A stretch of 64,000 bases of DNA, taken from positions 1-64,000 of IMG/VR virus record IMGVR_UViG_3300021431_004524; one strand, 5' to 3'. This DNA is from a virus (taxonomy: Duplodnaviria; Caudoviricetes). The notes beneath the pieces were generated by a model. It had not been told where the DNA came from. It searched no databases and saw only the letters and a program-made list of their open reading frames with translations. Within the stretch, counting starts at the first letter, position 1; each line of letters begins with the position of its first letter. Of this stretch, positions 29,801-37,176 are shown piece by piece. Made by a program: the position numbers and the translations under genes.

Positions 29801-31354
29801 AATACACGTCTTAATAATGTAGAAATTAAGACCGATGAGAACGCTGCCAATATTGCAGTAATTAACGGTAATGAGGCACAGGAAGGCTCAATCAAAAAGG
29901 CTTTGAAAGATGCTAAGGGCTATACTGATGCAGAAGTTGCTACTGAAAAGAACCGTGCTGTTGCCGCCGAAACGGCTAATGCCGATGCTATTGCAGTAAT
30001 TAACGGTAACGAAGCACAGGAAGGTTCAATCAAGAAGGCTTTGAAAGATGCTAAGGATTATGCTGACACTGCTGTAGCAGATGAGAAAACCGCACGTGAG
30101 GCTGCTGATATTGAAATCAATGCCGCTATTGACCAAAAGGCTAATAAGAGTGAGGTTTACACCAAGAGTGAAATCGAAGGTAAGGGCTATTTGACTTCAA
30201 CTGACATTGCCACACTTGCAACTAAGGAAGAAGTAAATGCTGAAAACACAAGAGCCGTGGCTGCCGAATCTAACCTTGCTACCGATATTGCTGCTGCAAA
30301 TGGTAAAATTGCAACTAACACAAGTAATATTGCTGATTTACAAGCAGAAGCCGCAAGACTTAACTTGATTGTTGATGAAACAAATACTGTTAAACTTATA
30401 AAGAGTAAGGATAATACCGGTACTGAACTTGCAGCAAACGTTAAACTCGATGCTACGAGCACCAATATCATCAAAGTTAGTGGAAACGGTATCTATGCTG
30501 ACGTTGAAATGAGTTACAGTCAGTCAACAAACAAGATTACATTCTCTAACGGTTTGACAACACAAGAGTTTGAACTTGCAGGCGCTTCACTTATTGAAGA
30601 CGGTTACTATAACTCAACGACAAAGCAAATCGTACTTATTACAAGACTTGCTGATGGTACAACCAAGGAAATCAAGATTGATGCAGAAGCATTGATTCAT
30701 ACTTTGAAGGTTGATAACGGTACAAATAACCCAATCAAACTGACTAAGACAACAGACGGTGACGGTGTTGATGTAATCAGTGCAAGGCTTGACATTTCAA
30801 CGGAAAGTCATAATCAAATCCTCAATAATAACGGCACGCTCTACGCAAGTAATGAGGCTACACAACATACAGCTCTTTGGAACGGTACTGAAAAGACCCT
30901 TCAAGAAGTAATTGAGATTTTGAAGACTACCGCTGAGGAAGGTGGACAAGCCGCGCAAGAAATTGCAGAAGTCAAAGCAGAACTTCAAGAAGTTGAACGT
31001 AATCTCAGAACAATGGAATCAACAGTTTCTGCTCTTTCTACAAGAGTCAGTGAAAATACAACTGCCATTGCTACGAATACCGGTTCTATTAACACACTTA
31101 CCACTCAGGTAAGCGACCTTAATGGTAGAGTTACGAACCTTACTAACGACTTCGACGAACTTGATAGAACTGTACAGTCTTACGAAACAAGAGTTTCAGC
31201 ACTCGAAAATGACAACACTAACAATAAGACCAATATCGCAACCCTTATTAATGAGGTAGATACCATGCAGACACAACTTGGTGATATTAGCGGTTTGAAG
31301 ACTGTTGCACAGAGACTTGAAGAACTTGAAGAATTTGATTGCGGTACTTATTAA
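26873..31354 (+). CDS. long fibre/whisker-like virion protein
   Basis: 1493 aa; repeated (L/I)SAD(V/I)K(I/L) beta modules, E..RA..AE and AK.YTD coiled-coil motifs; ends FDCGTY. Confidence 0.75.
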   Translation: MNNDYRLQLLSHSEIFPTKEEAMEYIEDNFKGVALWGEPALFFYGTEREPKMILAVGASHDTRKPRICVIDDAELRELIQEVKDATDKNTEDIAKAAERILNIVNSVGLTLDENKIKDQISYEPDRSDELIGEAKTVAEAIAIISTFVQKKFAEMELTVEDGESIDFTFDKTDEGSTLTGEVKISTEGSDDDLFFNNNIVGIKSDGLFASCNIEYDAERNQLIFTTSGVKNGRFVTDANKKIIDFGAHTIYVADNEDHNVAVTINQERGTISADVKISSDDDNLLVSKDGKMYVSGRAKDIKYKDTTVAAKLTSIDKAVSDILDKIHVLTIEDLIQGDESDSILTKAIKNQNGGYTVTADVRLSSDESIQIGNGGIRANIDIEVDSTNNKLVLKVGNTQKSVSLPGISILDDIYYDSVNKCIVITWKDGTQQTVIPVADMLKTWVVANNPSSPIVLTKSESAASGQPDTLSADIKLAPTDNLIGKDSYGQLYVKASDIDNKVAAEASARQAADAELNSAIQNEANTRHSEDDILKDSINAAREEAANALDAKATEIYARIDEDEDKINQAFDDAAEAKSLVELTNANLTAEINRAQTAEGVNANAIANVTTRVTAVESGLATEIETRSTADAVHDEKISNLRDAVTSVETSHQQDIERLSGEIAGNASAISILNGSENTNGSVRETVKIAKDELTIAINNEKTRAEGKEGELAADIAEEVSRATAAEATTLANAKAYTDDKTAYVQHLAEDYTNAAKAEAIQTSKDYTDSKVVSTTADAKAYTDNAVANEQARAQAAETANANDIVALKAKDIQIDGELANKVESVTIVKSTASDYQYILKVDGVDAGEINIPEIDMLQEVNYDPTSKNLRFIFRTTDGYAETVINIADLIDTYLAGNGLTLTDNVFSVKINPASEFISVDENGIKVSGISTALLTKANVGDSYTKAESDAKYLTQHQDVSMFAEKTYVDEKDAEINTRLNNVEIKTDENAANIAVINGNEAQEGSIKKALKDAKGYTDAEVATEKNRAVAAETANADAIAVINGNEAQEGSIKKALKDAKDYADTAVADEKTAREAADIEINAAIDQKANKSEVYTKSEIEGKGYLTSTDIATLATKEEVNAENTRAVAAESNLATDIAAANGKIATNTSNIADLQAEAARLNLIVDETNTVKLIKSKDNTGTELAANVKLDATSTNIIKVSGNGIYADVEMSYSQSTNKITFSNGLTTQEFELAGASLIEDGYYNSTTKQIVLITRLADGTTKEIKIDAEALIHTLKVDNGTNNPIKLTKTTDGDGVDVISARLDISTESHNQILNNNGTLYASNEATQHTALWNGTEKTLQEVIEILKTTAEEGGQAAQEIAEVKAELQEVERNLRTMESTVSALSTRVSENTTAIATNTGSINTLTTQVSDLNGRVTNLTNDFDELDRTVQSYETRVSALENDNTNNKTNIATLINEVDTMQTQLGDISGLKTVAQRLEELEEFDCGTY
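29851..30056 (+). repeat. internal duplication, period 138 bp (IAVINGNEAQEGSIKKALKDAK x2)
   Basis: 29851-29918 and 29989-30056 nearly identical. Confidence 0.9.
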
Positions 31355-31364
31355 AAAAAAATAA

Positions 31365-31398
31365 AATTATCGGGAAATGAAATACTTTCCCGATAATT
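31365..31398 (+). terminator. hairpin/terminator
   Basis: aattatcgggaaa...tttcccgataatt. Confidence 0.65.
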
Positions 31399-31451
31399 CA
31401 AAATATTTATTATTAAAATTAGAAAATAAAACTTTATATATATAATTGATA

Positions 31452-32975
31452 ATGGCTAATAAAACAATTCAATTTTTAAGAAATACTTCCCTTTTTGGAA
31501 GTCATGAACTTGCTATTACTGGCATAAAGGCACAACTTGCTTCAGCACCTGATGGTTCTGCTGTTATTGCTCGTTATACTGACGAAAAAGGTGAAGAGCG
31601 TACTTTGTTCGGTATTGCAGGTAAAACCGCTGGAAAGTATGAAATTTTCGACAACCAAGGTGGTAACGACGCAATTAAGGCTGCTATTGAGGCTCTTGAT
31701 GTAAAGGCAATTACCGCAGGTGACGGAGAATTTATTAAGAGTGTTTCTGAGACTGATGGTAAAATCAGCGCAACAACTGCTGAAATGCCTACTGTTTCTG
31801 CAATAAGTGTAACTGGTAAACCTATTGTTAGTGTAAGTCAGACAAAGGGTACAGTTGCTGCAAGTGCTGGTAATATTGCTGCTCAATATGTAAATGTTGC
31901 TGATGATAACGAGAAATTTGTTGCAACAAATGTTGAAGGTGCCCTTGAAGAGTTGGCTGATAAGATTACGGCAAATGCTGTTGATTCTAATGATAACAGT
32001 ATTATAATCAACACAGAAGGTGCTAATACAGACCTTGCTGTAAACGTTGATGGTACTACAATTGTTAAAAATAGCGGTGCTTTGAAGGCTAACCTTACTC
32101 TCGCAAAGTTAACTGCTGATGAAGTAACTGCACTTGCAGATGCTAATGTAAAAGAAGCATATAAGATTATCTATGCAACCGATAGCAACCGTACTGCCAT
32201 TGGTGATACTGTAAAGATTTATAAAGATAGTGCATTGCATAGTGTTTATCTTGGTCACGTTGATGATGCTGTTAAAAGTACAACCGACCCAACTGTTGTT
32301 CCTGGTACTGGTGATACTGCACTCTGCTTCATTTATCAGAAAGCTGATGGCACATATGAACTTATTGCTGTCAATGTTGAAAGTTTCTTACAGGAAAGTG
32401 AATTTGCAGATGGCTTGCAGGTGAACAATCACGTTGTTTCTGTAAAATTAGATTCTAATTCTGAAAGATTCTTGACTGTTGGTACAAATGGCGTTAAGTT
32501 AAGTGGCGTACAGGATGCTATTGCTGCTGCTGTTGCAGATTTAGATGCTACTCCTTCTCAGACTGCTGGTACTGATGGTCTTGCTTTGAGTCTGACTGAA
32601 GTTAATGGTGTTGTAACTGCTATCAGTGGTTCTATTGCTGCTAACACATATGATGCATACGGTGCTGCTGCTGCTGCAAAGAGTGAGGTTATTGGTGAAA
32701 GCACTGATGCTTCTTCTGCTGACACTATCAATGGTGCTAAGAAGTATGCTGCCGAGGCTGTTGCTGCTGCCGTTGAAGGCCTTGATGTAACTGACGCTGC
32801 CGTTGCTAATCAGTTCGTTACTTCTGTTTCTGAAACTGATGGTAAAATTTTTGTAACACGTGCTCAGCCTGCTGCTGTCGGTGTAACTGTTGCTGATGAC
32901 GATGGTTACTTCAGTGCAACAGATGTTGAAGGTGCTCTTGTTGAACTTGCAGCATTTGATTGCGGTACTTATTAA
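31452..32975 (+). CDS. fibre-like virion protein
   Basis: internal repeats SVSETDGKI x2 and VADD...F.AT.VEGAL.ELA x2; ends FDCGTY; ATG 31452. Confidence 0.75.
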   Translation: MANKTIQFLRNTSLFGSHELAITGIKAQLASAPDGSAVIARYTDEKGEERTLFGIAGKTAGKYEIFDNQGGNDAIKAAIEALDVKAITAGDGEFIKSVSETDGKISATTAEMPTVSAISVTGKPIVSVSQTKGTVAASAGNIAAQYVNVADDNEKFVATNVEGALEELADKITANAVDSNDNSIIINTEGANTDLAVNVDGTTIVKNSGALKANLTLAKLTADEVTALADANVKEAYKIIYATDSNRTAIGDTVKIYKDSALHSVYLGHVDDAVKSTTDPTVVPGTGDTALCFIYQKADGTYELIAVNVESFLQESEFADGLQVNNHVVSVKLDSNSERFLTVGTNGVKLSGVQDAIAAAVADLDATPSQTAGTDGLALSLTEVNGVVTAISGSIAANTYDAYGAAAAAKSEVIGESTDASSADTINGAKKYAAEAVAAAVEGLDVTDAAVANQFVTSVSETDGKIFVTRAQPAAVGVTVADDDGYFSATDVEGALVELAAFDCGTY

Positions 32976-33012
32976 TAGATTATTTGAAAAACAATAACTT
33001 ACATAAAAATTA

Positions 33013-33047
33013 ATTCCTGAGTATTAAAAGTTACTCAGGAATTTTTT
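33013..33047. terminator. bidirectional terminator
   Basis: aattcctgagta-ttaaaagt-tactcaggaatt between convergent genes. Confidence 0.8.
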
Positions 33048-33049
33048 GT

Positions 33050-33532
33050 TTATAATAGTAATATTGTCATTGCCACTGCTATATATGAAATAACTTCAAA
33101 TATGAATGTGTATTTTTCTTTTTGGAAAAATGTCCATATACCACCAAGTAATGCAATTAGACTTAATGTAATCCATTGTCCCATTAATAATAACCAAGCA
33201 AGACCGGTAGCAAATGCAACCATTCCTGAAGTATAATGTATAGTACTCTCAAATTTTTCTTTAAATAATGGAGAACATCCTGCAAATATCATTCCACTAC
33301 ATGAAAGGAACACGACAAATTGGTAAAACTCCTGTGTAACGGTTATCCACAATGGAAATATGCACACTGCTGAAATAAAGCATATAGCCGTGAACGGCCA
33401 CATAACACCGAATTTATTTTTCGATATGTATGATGTTTCACTGATTGACTCCGGAACTCCTTTATTTAACCATATAAAGAAAGCGTTGTATAATACAAAA
33501 ATTATAAGTCCGACAATAAGTAATATCTTCAT
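33050..33532 (-). CDS. multi-pass membrane protein
   Basis: about 5-6 hydrophobic segments; PESISETSY and IHY motifs. Confidence 0.75.
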   Translation of the reverse strand: MKILLIVGLIIFVLYNAFFIWLNKGVPESISETSYISKNKFGVMWPFTAICFISAVCIFPLWITVTQEFYQFVVFLSCSGMIFAGCSPLFKEKFESTIHYTSGMVAFATGLAWLLLMGQWITLSLIALLGGIWTFFQKEKYTFIFEVISYIAVAMTILLL

Positions 33533-33556
33533 TTTTAATATGTTATATAATAATAA

Positions 33557-35161
33557 TTAGTATGGAAAATCATTCTCAATTTCTTCAGCGTTAACTGTAA
33601 AATCATGGTCAATAATGTCAAATATATTGCCAATTACAACATTGTATTTCTTTGACACGAAATTATTGGAGTCTGTATCCTCATCAACAATTGCAAGTAT
33701 TCTATCCGGTATAACCCCATCCTCAATAAACTCATCAACCTCACTTTCAGTAAGTTGGTTAATTGCATTGTTGTACATTGTCAATTCAAGTTGAATTTCC
33801 TCTTTTTCCAATTGTTTCTGTCTTTCAAAGTAGTCAGCCTTTATCTTTTCCCAATCCATTCCTATTTCCTTGGCATATGGTGGAATCTTATCAACAGTTG
33901 TCCAGAATTTAATCTCCTTGTCTTCCATTGTCATAAGTTGTTCATATGTATCTTGGTCTGTCGGATTGTAAGGTTGGCCGGATACAAGTTGACATTCATC
34001 ATCAGTAAATTGTTTTCTGTCATCCGGATTACTTATCAAAATATTAGACACTTCCTTACCCTTTTCGTTTATCTTTGTACGGATATCACGTGAGAAACAT
34101 ACCAGCAACGGCTTGATTTTCTTATTGAACATTTCAACGTATTTATCTACGTTATATTCGAAATTATCATCACAGAAATGGTCATCCTCATCCTCAACAA
34201 TATCATTTGAAAGAAGAATACAATTGAATATAAGCCTATCTTCCTCTTTGAATGAATGTCCATATTGTATTTTACCGAAATCAGACTTCGTAATCCATTT
34301 CCCATTAGGCTGTTTCATTTCGTCTGGACGGTCTTTTTTTGCTTTGGTGTACAATCTTTCCAACTCCTTTGTAATATTGGCTTCTTGACCGTCTATTTCA
34401 GCGAAATAGTCAGTTACACGCTTCACATCAGAGTCACCTTTCTTTGAACCGGTGTTAATGTAGTAAATACTGTCACCCATGTTCACGTTTAGGTTATGTT
34501 TGATTGCGAGTTCATACCATGCTTGGCGTGCTTTTTTAGTACCGCCGGCTGTAAGTTGCTTGCAGTTCTCCTTGTAATTGGCAATTGATGTCTTGATTTT
34601 ACCAACTGTTGCAATATCTTTAAGCGGTATCTGAAGGTTGTATATCTTTTCTACATAATCATAGTATGCTTCAAGAAACTCCTTTCCTTTTCCTTCAAGT
34701 AACAGACGAATACCCTTATCAAAGAATTTCTCAATGTAAATTGGCATTTTCTTGGATTTAATTGAATTACCAACGAGTTTGATTTTACCATCCGGCATTA
34801 AGTCAGCATAGTTCTTACGTGAAAACTGTATGCACGCTTGGCAATACTCATCAACACCGAGTCCGTTCTTTAATATACCACCGTTATATGCTTCATACAT
34901 ATAAGTGTCTTCAAATTCCGCAACATCTGCTTCGACACGTGTATATTCTTTTCCTTCTTTCGTGTTACGACCCTTTCCTTTGCCTATATAGGGATGGTCT
35001 TTTGTATAACGGAAATTTTCTTCTTTTGGCATTTGGAAGTTGAAGCCATCGGTATTGGATATAACATTCATTCCAAGGGCGTTTACAACTGTACCGTCCA
35101 AAGAAATGTCATATACAACACCGACTTCCTCCTTTCCTTTAATTTTTTTACTGTTCAACAT
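33557..35161 (-). CDS. DNA polymerase B, C-terminal half, preceded by 36-aa split-intein C fragment
   Basis: IntC ...VYDISLDGTVVNALGMNVISN then extein TDG (motif C), RKNYA, KLVGNSIKSK, GDSIYYI. Confidence 0.9.
   Translation of the reverse strand: MLNSKKIKGKEEVGVVYDISLDGTVVNALGMNVISNTDGFNFQMPKEENFRYTKDHPYIGKGKGRNTKEGKEYTRVEADVAEFEDTYMYEAYNGGILKNGLGVDEYCQACIQFSRKNYADLMPDGKIKLVGNSIKSKKMPIYIEKFFDKGIRLLLEGKGKEFLEAYYDYVEKIYNLQIPLKDIATVGKIKTSIANYKENCKQLTAGGTKKARQAWYELAIKHNLNVNMGDSIYYINTGSKKGDSDVKRVTDYFAEIDGQEANITKELERLYTKAKKDRPDEMKQPNGKWITKSDFGKIQYGHSFKEEDRLIFNCILLSNDIVEDEDDHFCDDNFEYNVDKYVEMFNKKIKPLLVCFSRDIRTKINEKGKEVSNILISNPDDRKQFTDDECQLVSGQPYNPTDQDTYEQLMTMEDKEIKFWTTVDKIPPYAKEIGMDWEKIKADYFERQKQLEKEEIQLELTMYNNAINQLTESEVDEFIEDGVIPDRILAIVDEDTDSNNFVSKKYNVVIGNIFDIIDHDFTVNAEEIENDFPY
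35054..35161 (-). mobile_element. split intein C-fragment (IntC, 36 aa)
   Basis: block F VYDI and terminal Asn followed by Thr+1 of the polymerase TDG. Confidence 0.85.
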
Positions 35162-35178
35162 ATTGTTTATATTTTATA

Positions 35179-35210
35179 CAAAGATACTATTTACTTTTTA
35201 AAAATACAAA
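35179..35210 (-). promoter_or_regulatory. Bacteroidota-type promoter dedicated to IntC-PolC
   Basis: TTTG-N20-TATCTTTG between endonuclease stop (35220) and ATG 35161. Confidence 0.75.
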
Positions 35211-35219
35211 TTTTGAGCG

Positions 35220-37103
35220 TTAATCTTTCTTAAACCACTTATAGACAGCAGTTCCACAATCATAAATTCTATACCATTTTTGTTGTTTACAAAATTCACT
35301 TTCGCTCATATCTTCAGGACACCCATATTTTTTTACAAGGACACTTTTTCTATAATTGAATCTGTTTTTTCTTACATCACCAATTACGTAATAATAGTTT
35401 GGTTTAGAAAAATGACTAAATGTAAATCCAAGATTCTCATATAAGTTTCCCTTTGACCATCTTCTGTCTGCGTATGATACCACATTACTAGGATGATATT
35501 TTTCTATAAAATACTTAAATAATTTTGATGCCCCACCTATGACTTGTGTATTGATTTTATTACAAAATCTTAATAATTCATATTGCATCTTACCGTCACC
35601 AATAAAATGCCTTGATTTACCGAATGTCATTAATGATACTAATTCATCGCTATAATATAAGCCCAATTTAATTTGGCTTGGACACCATCCTTGTATGTGA
35701 TTTTTATTAAGAAAATCTGTACATTCTTTTGTCCCTATTTCTTTAACAATACACTTTCTTGCATATATTTTATTATCAGTTTTATTTAAAAGATTAGAAA
35801 TCATAGATTTCCATATCTCTTTTTTATAAATCCATTCGTCTTCAAATATATGAATTAATCTAATACCATGTTTTTCACATTCTAATGTTTTCCACAAATG
35901 ATAATCATTTGGTCTGTTATTTTCATTATGCCAGAATACACCGTCGAATTCAAAAGCCATTTTCATAGATGGAATGTAAATGTCGAGTTCTTTTCCATCA
36001 AGAATAGTTCTATCATTATTGTAAATGTCTGTATATCCAAGTGTTTTAATAAATTCAGCGATTTCCTTTTCTTTTGAAGATGAGTTACAATTATGATATG
36101 GACAGCCATGACCTTGTAAGAATGAATTAGCCTCAATAGAAAATGTACGTCCGCATTCATTACATTTTACTTCAACTTTCTTATCTGATGCTATATATTT
36201 ACTCAATACTGTGTATTTATTATCTCCATGTATTAGTTCAGCATCTTTTATAAACTGTTCTGTCGTTTTTGTTTTATTTTTAGCAATAAGGATTTTATTA
36301 CATTCCGGACATGGGTCTCCTTTTAAGGAATTATTAAAAAATGTGTTTGCTTTTCTTGTAAATTCATGACCGCATGTTCGACATGTACACTTCATTGGTT
36401 TCATTGTGCCGTCATATGATGTATAATCCACCATTATTGACGGATATAGTTCATTCATTCGTTTTTTAACTTCTTCTAAAGGTAAACGTTGTTTTGCACC
36501 GCTTTTTCTACCGGCGCATTTTTTACAGGAATAAACACCAATCAAAATGTTAGAAATCTTTTTAAAATCTTCTTTACCACAGGTTTTACATTTAACTGAA
36601 ACACGGTCTTTTTTTATATTTTTTTCTCCTTCAAATTGTTCAATATCAAAACCTTCAATTTTTTCTATCAATTCATTATATGAAATGGTTTCTTTTGGCA
36701 ATTCTTTACACCAACACCCGCCTGTTTTAGAACTTACAAAATCACAAGCGATTTTTACAAAAGTTTTACCACATAAATTACATTTAACCGTTATTTTACT
36801 ATGACTGTTTTCATATTCTTTATCTATATTAGGAAAAGAATACCGGTCACCAAATCGTTCCTTAGCCGTTTGAACAAAATTTTTCCATTTATTTTTAGAA
36901 TATGTTGCGGCATATTTTTTACCACACTCAGGACAACCTTGACCTTGTAAATGATTATGCGGTGTCTGCTGAAATCGATAACCACATTTTTTATGTGTCA
37001 TCCACATTTTAATTTTAGTTTTAATATAACTGTCTGGTTCATAGATATATTCATCCCCATGAACTTCACGTGCTTTATTTTCAAACCATTCGTAATTGTG
37101 CAT
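35220..37103 (-). CDS. free-standing homing-endonuclease-like protein (Zn-ribbon + Vsr-like + GNAT/Mom-like), copy 2, inside fractured polB
   Basis: CxxC repeats; ELDIYIP...AFEFDGVFWH...IHIFEDEW; YARKC...NHIQG...ELLRFC...SYADRRWS...RIYDCG. Confidence 0.85.
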   Translation of the reverse strand: MHNYEWFENKAREVHGDEYIYEPDSYIKTKIKMWMTHKKCGYRFQQTPHNHLQGQGCPECGKKYAATYSKNKWKNFVQTAKERFGDRYSFPNIDKEYENSHSKITVKCNLCGKTFVKIACDFVSSKTGGCWCKELPKETISYNELIEKIEGFDIEQFEGEKNIKKDRVSVKCKTCGKEDFKKISNILIGVYSCKKCAGRKSGAKQRLPLEEVKKRMNELYPSIMVDYTSYDGTMKPMKCTCRTCGHEFTRKANTFFNNSLKGDPCPECNKILIAKNKTKTTEQFIKDAELIHGDNKYTVLSKYIASDKKVEVKCNECGRTFSIEANSFLQGHGCPYHNCNSSSKEKEIAEFIKTLGYTDIYNNDRTILDGKELDIYIPSMKMAFEFDGVFWHNENNRPNDYHLWKTLECEKHGIRLIHIFEDEWIYKKEIWKSMISNLLNKTDNKIYARKCIVKEIGTKECTDFLNKNHIQGWCPSQIKLGLYYSDELVSLMTFGKSRHFIGDGKMQYELLRFCNKINTQVIGGASKLFKYFIEKYHPSNVVSYADRRWSKGNLYENLGFTFSHFSKPNYYYVIGDVRKNRFNYRKSVLVKKYGCPEDMSESEFCKQQKWYRIYDCGTAVYKWFKKD

Positions 37104-37176
37104 ATATATTTGTGTTATATTAATAAATATATACCAATGTGTAATTATTCATCAATATTTAATTCTTTTTAATGAC

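Noticed and set aside
24534-32975. Diversity-generating retroelement targeting the fibre/FISUMP genes
   Set aside because: No reverse transcriptase and no template/variable repeat pair with adenine-specific differences seen in this window. The 138-bp duplication differs at synonymous sites.
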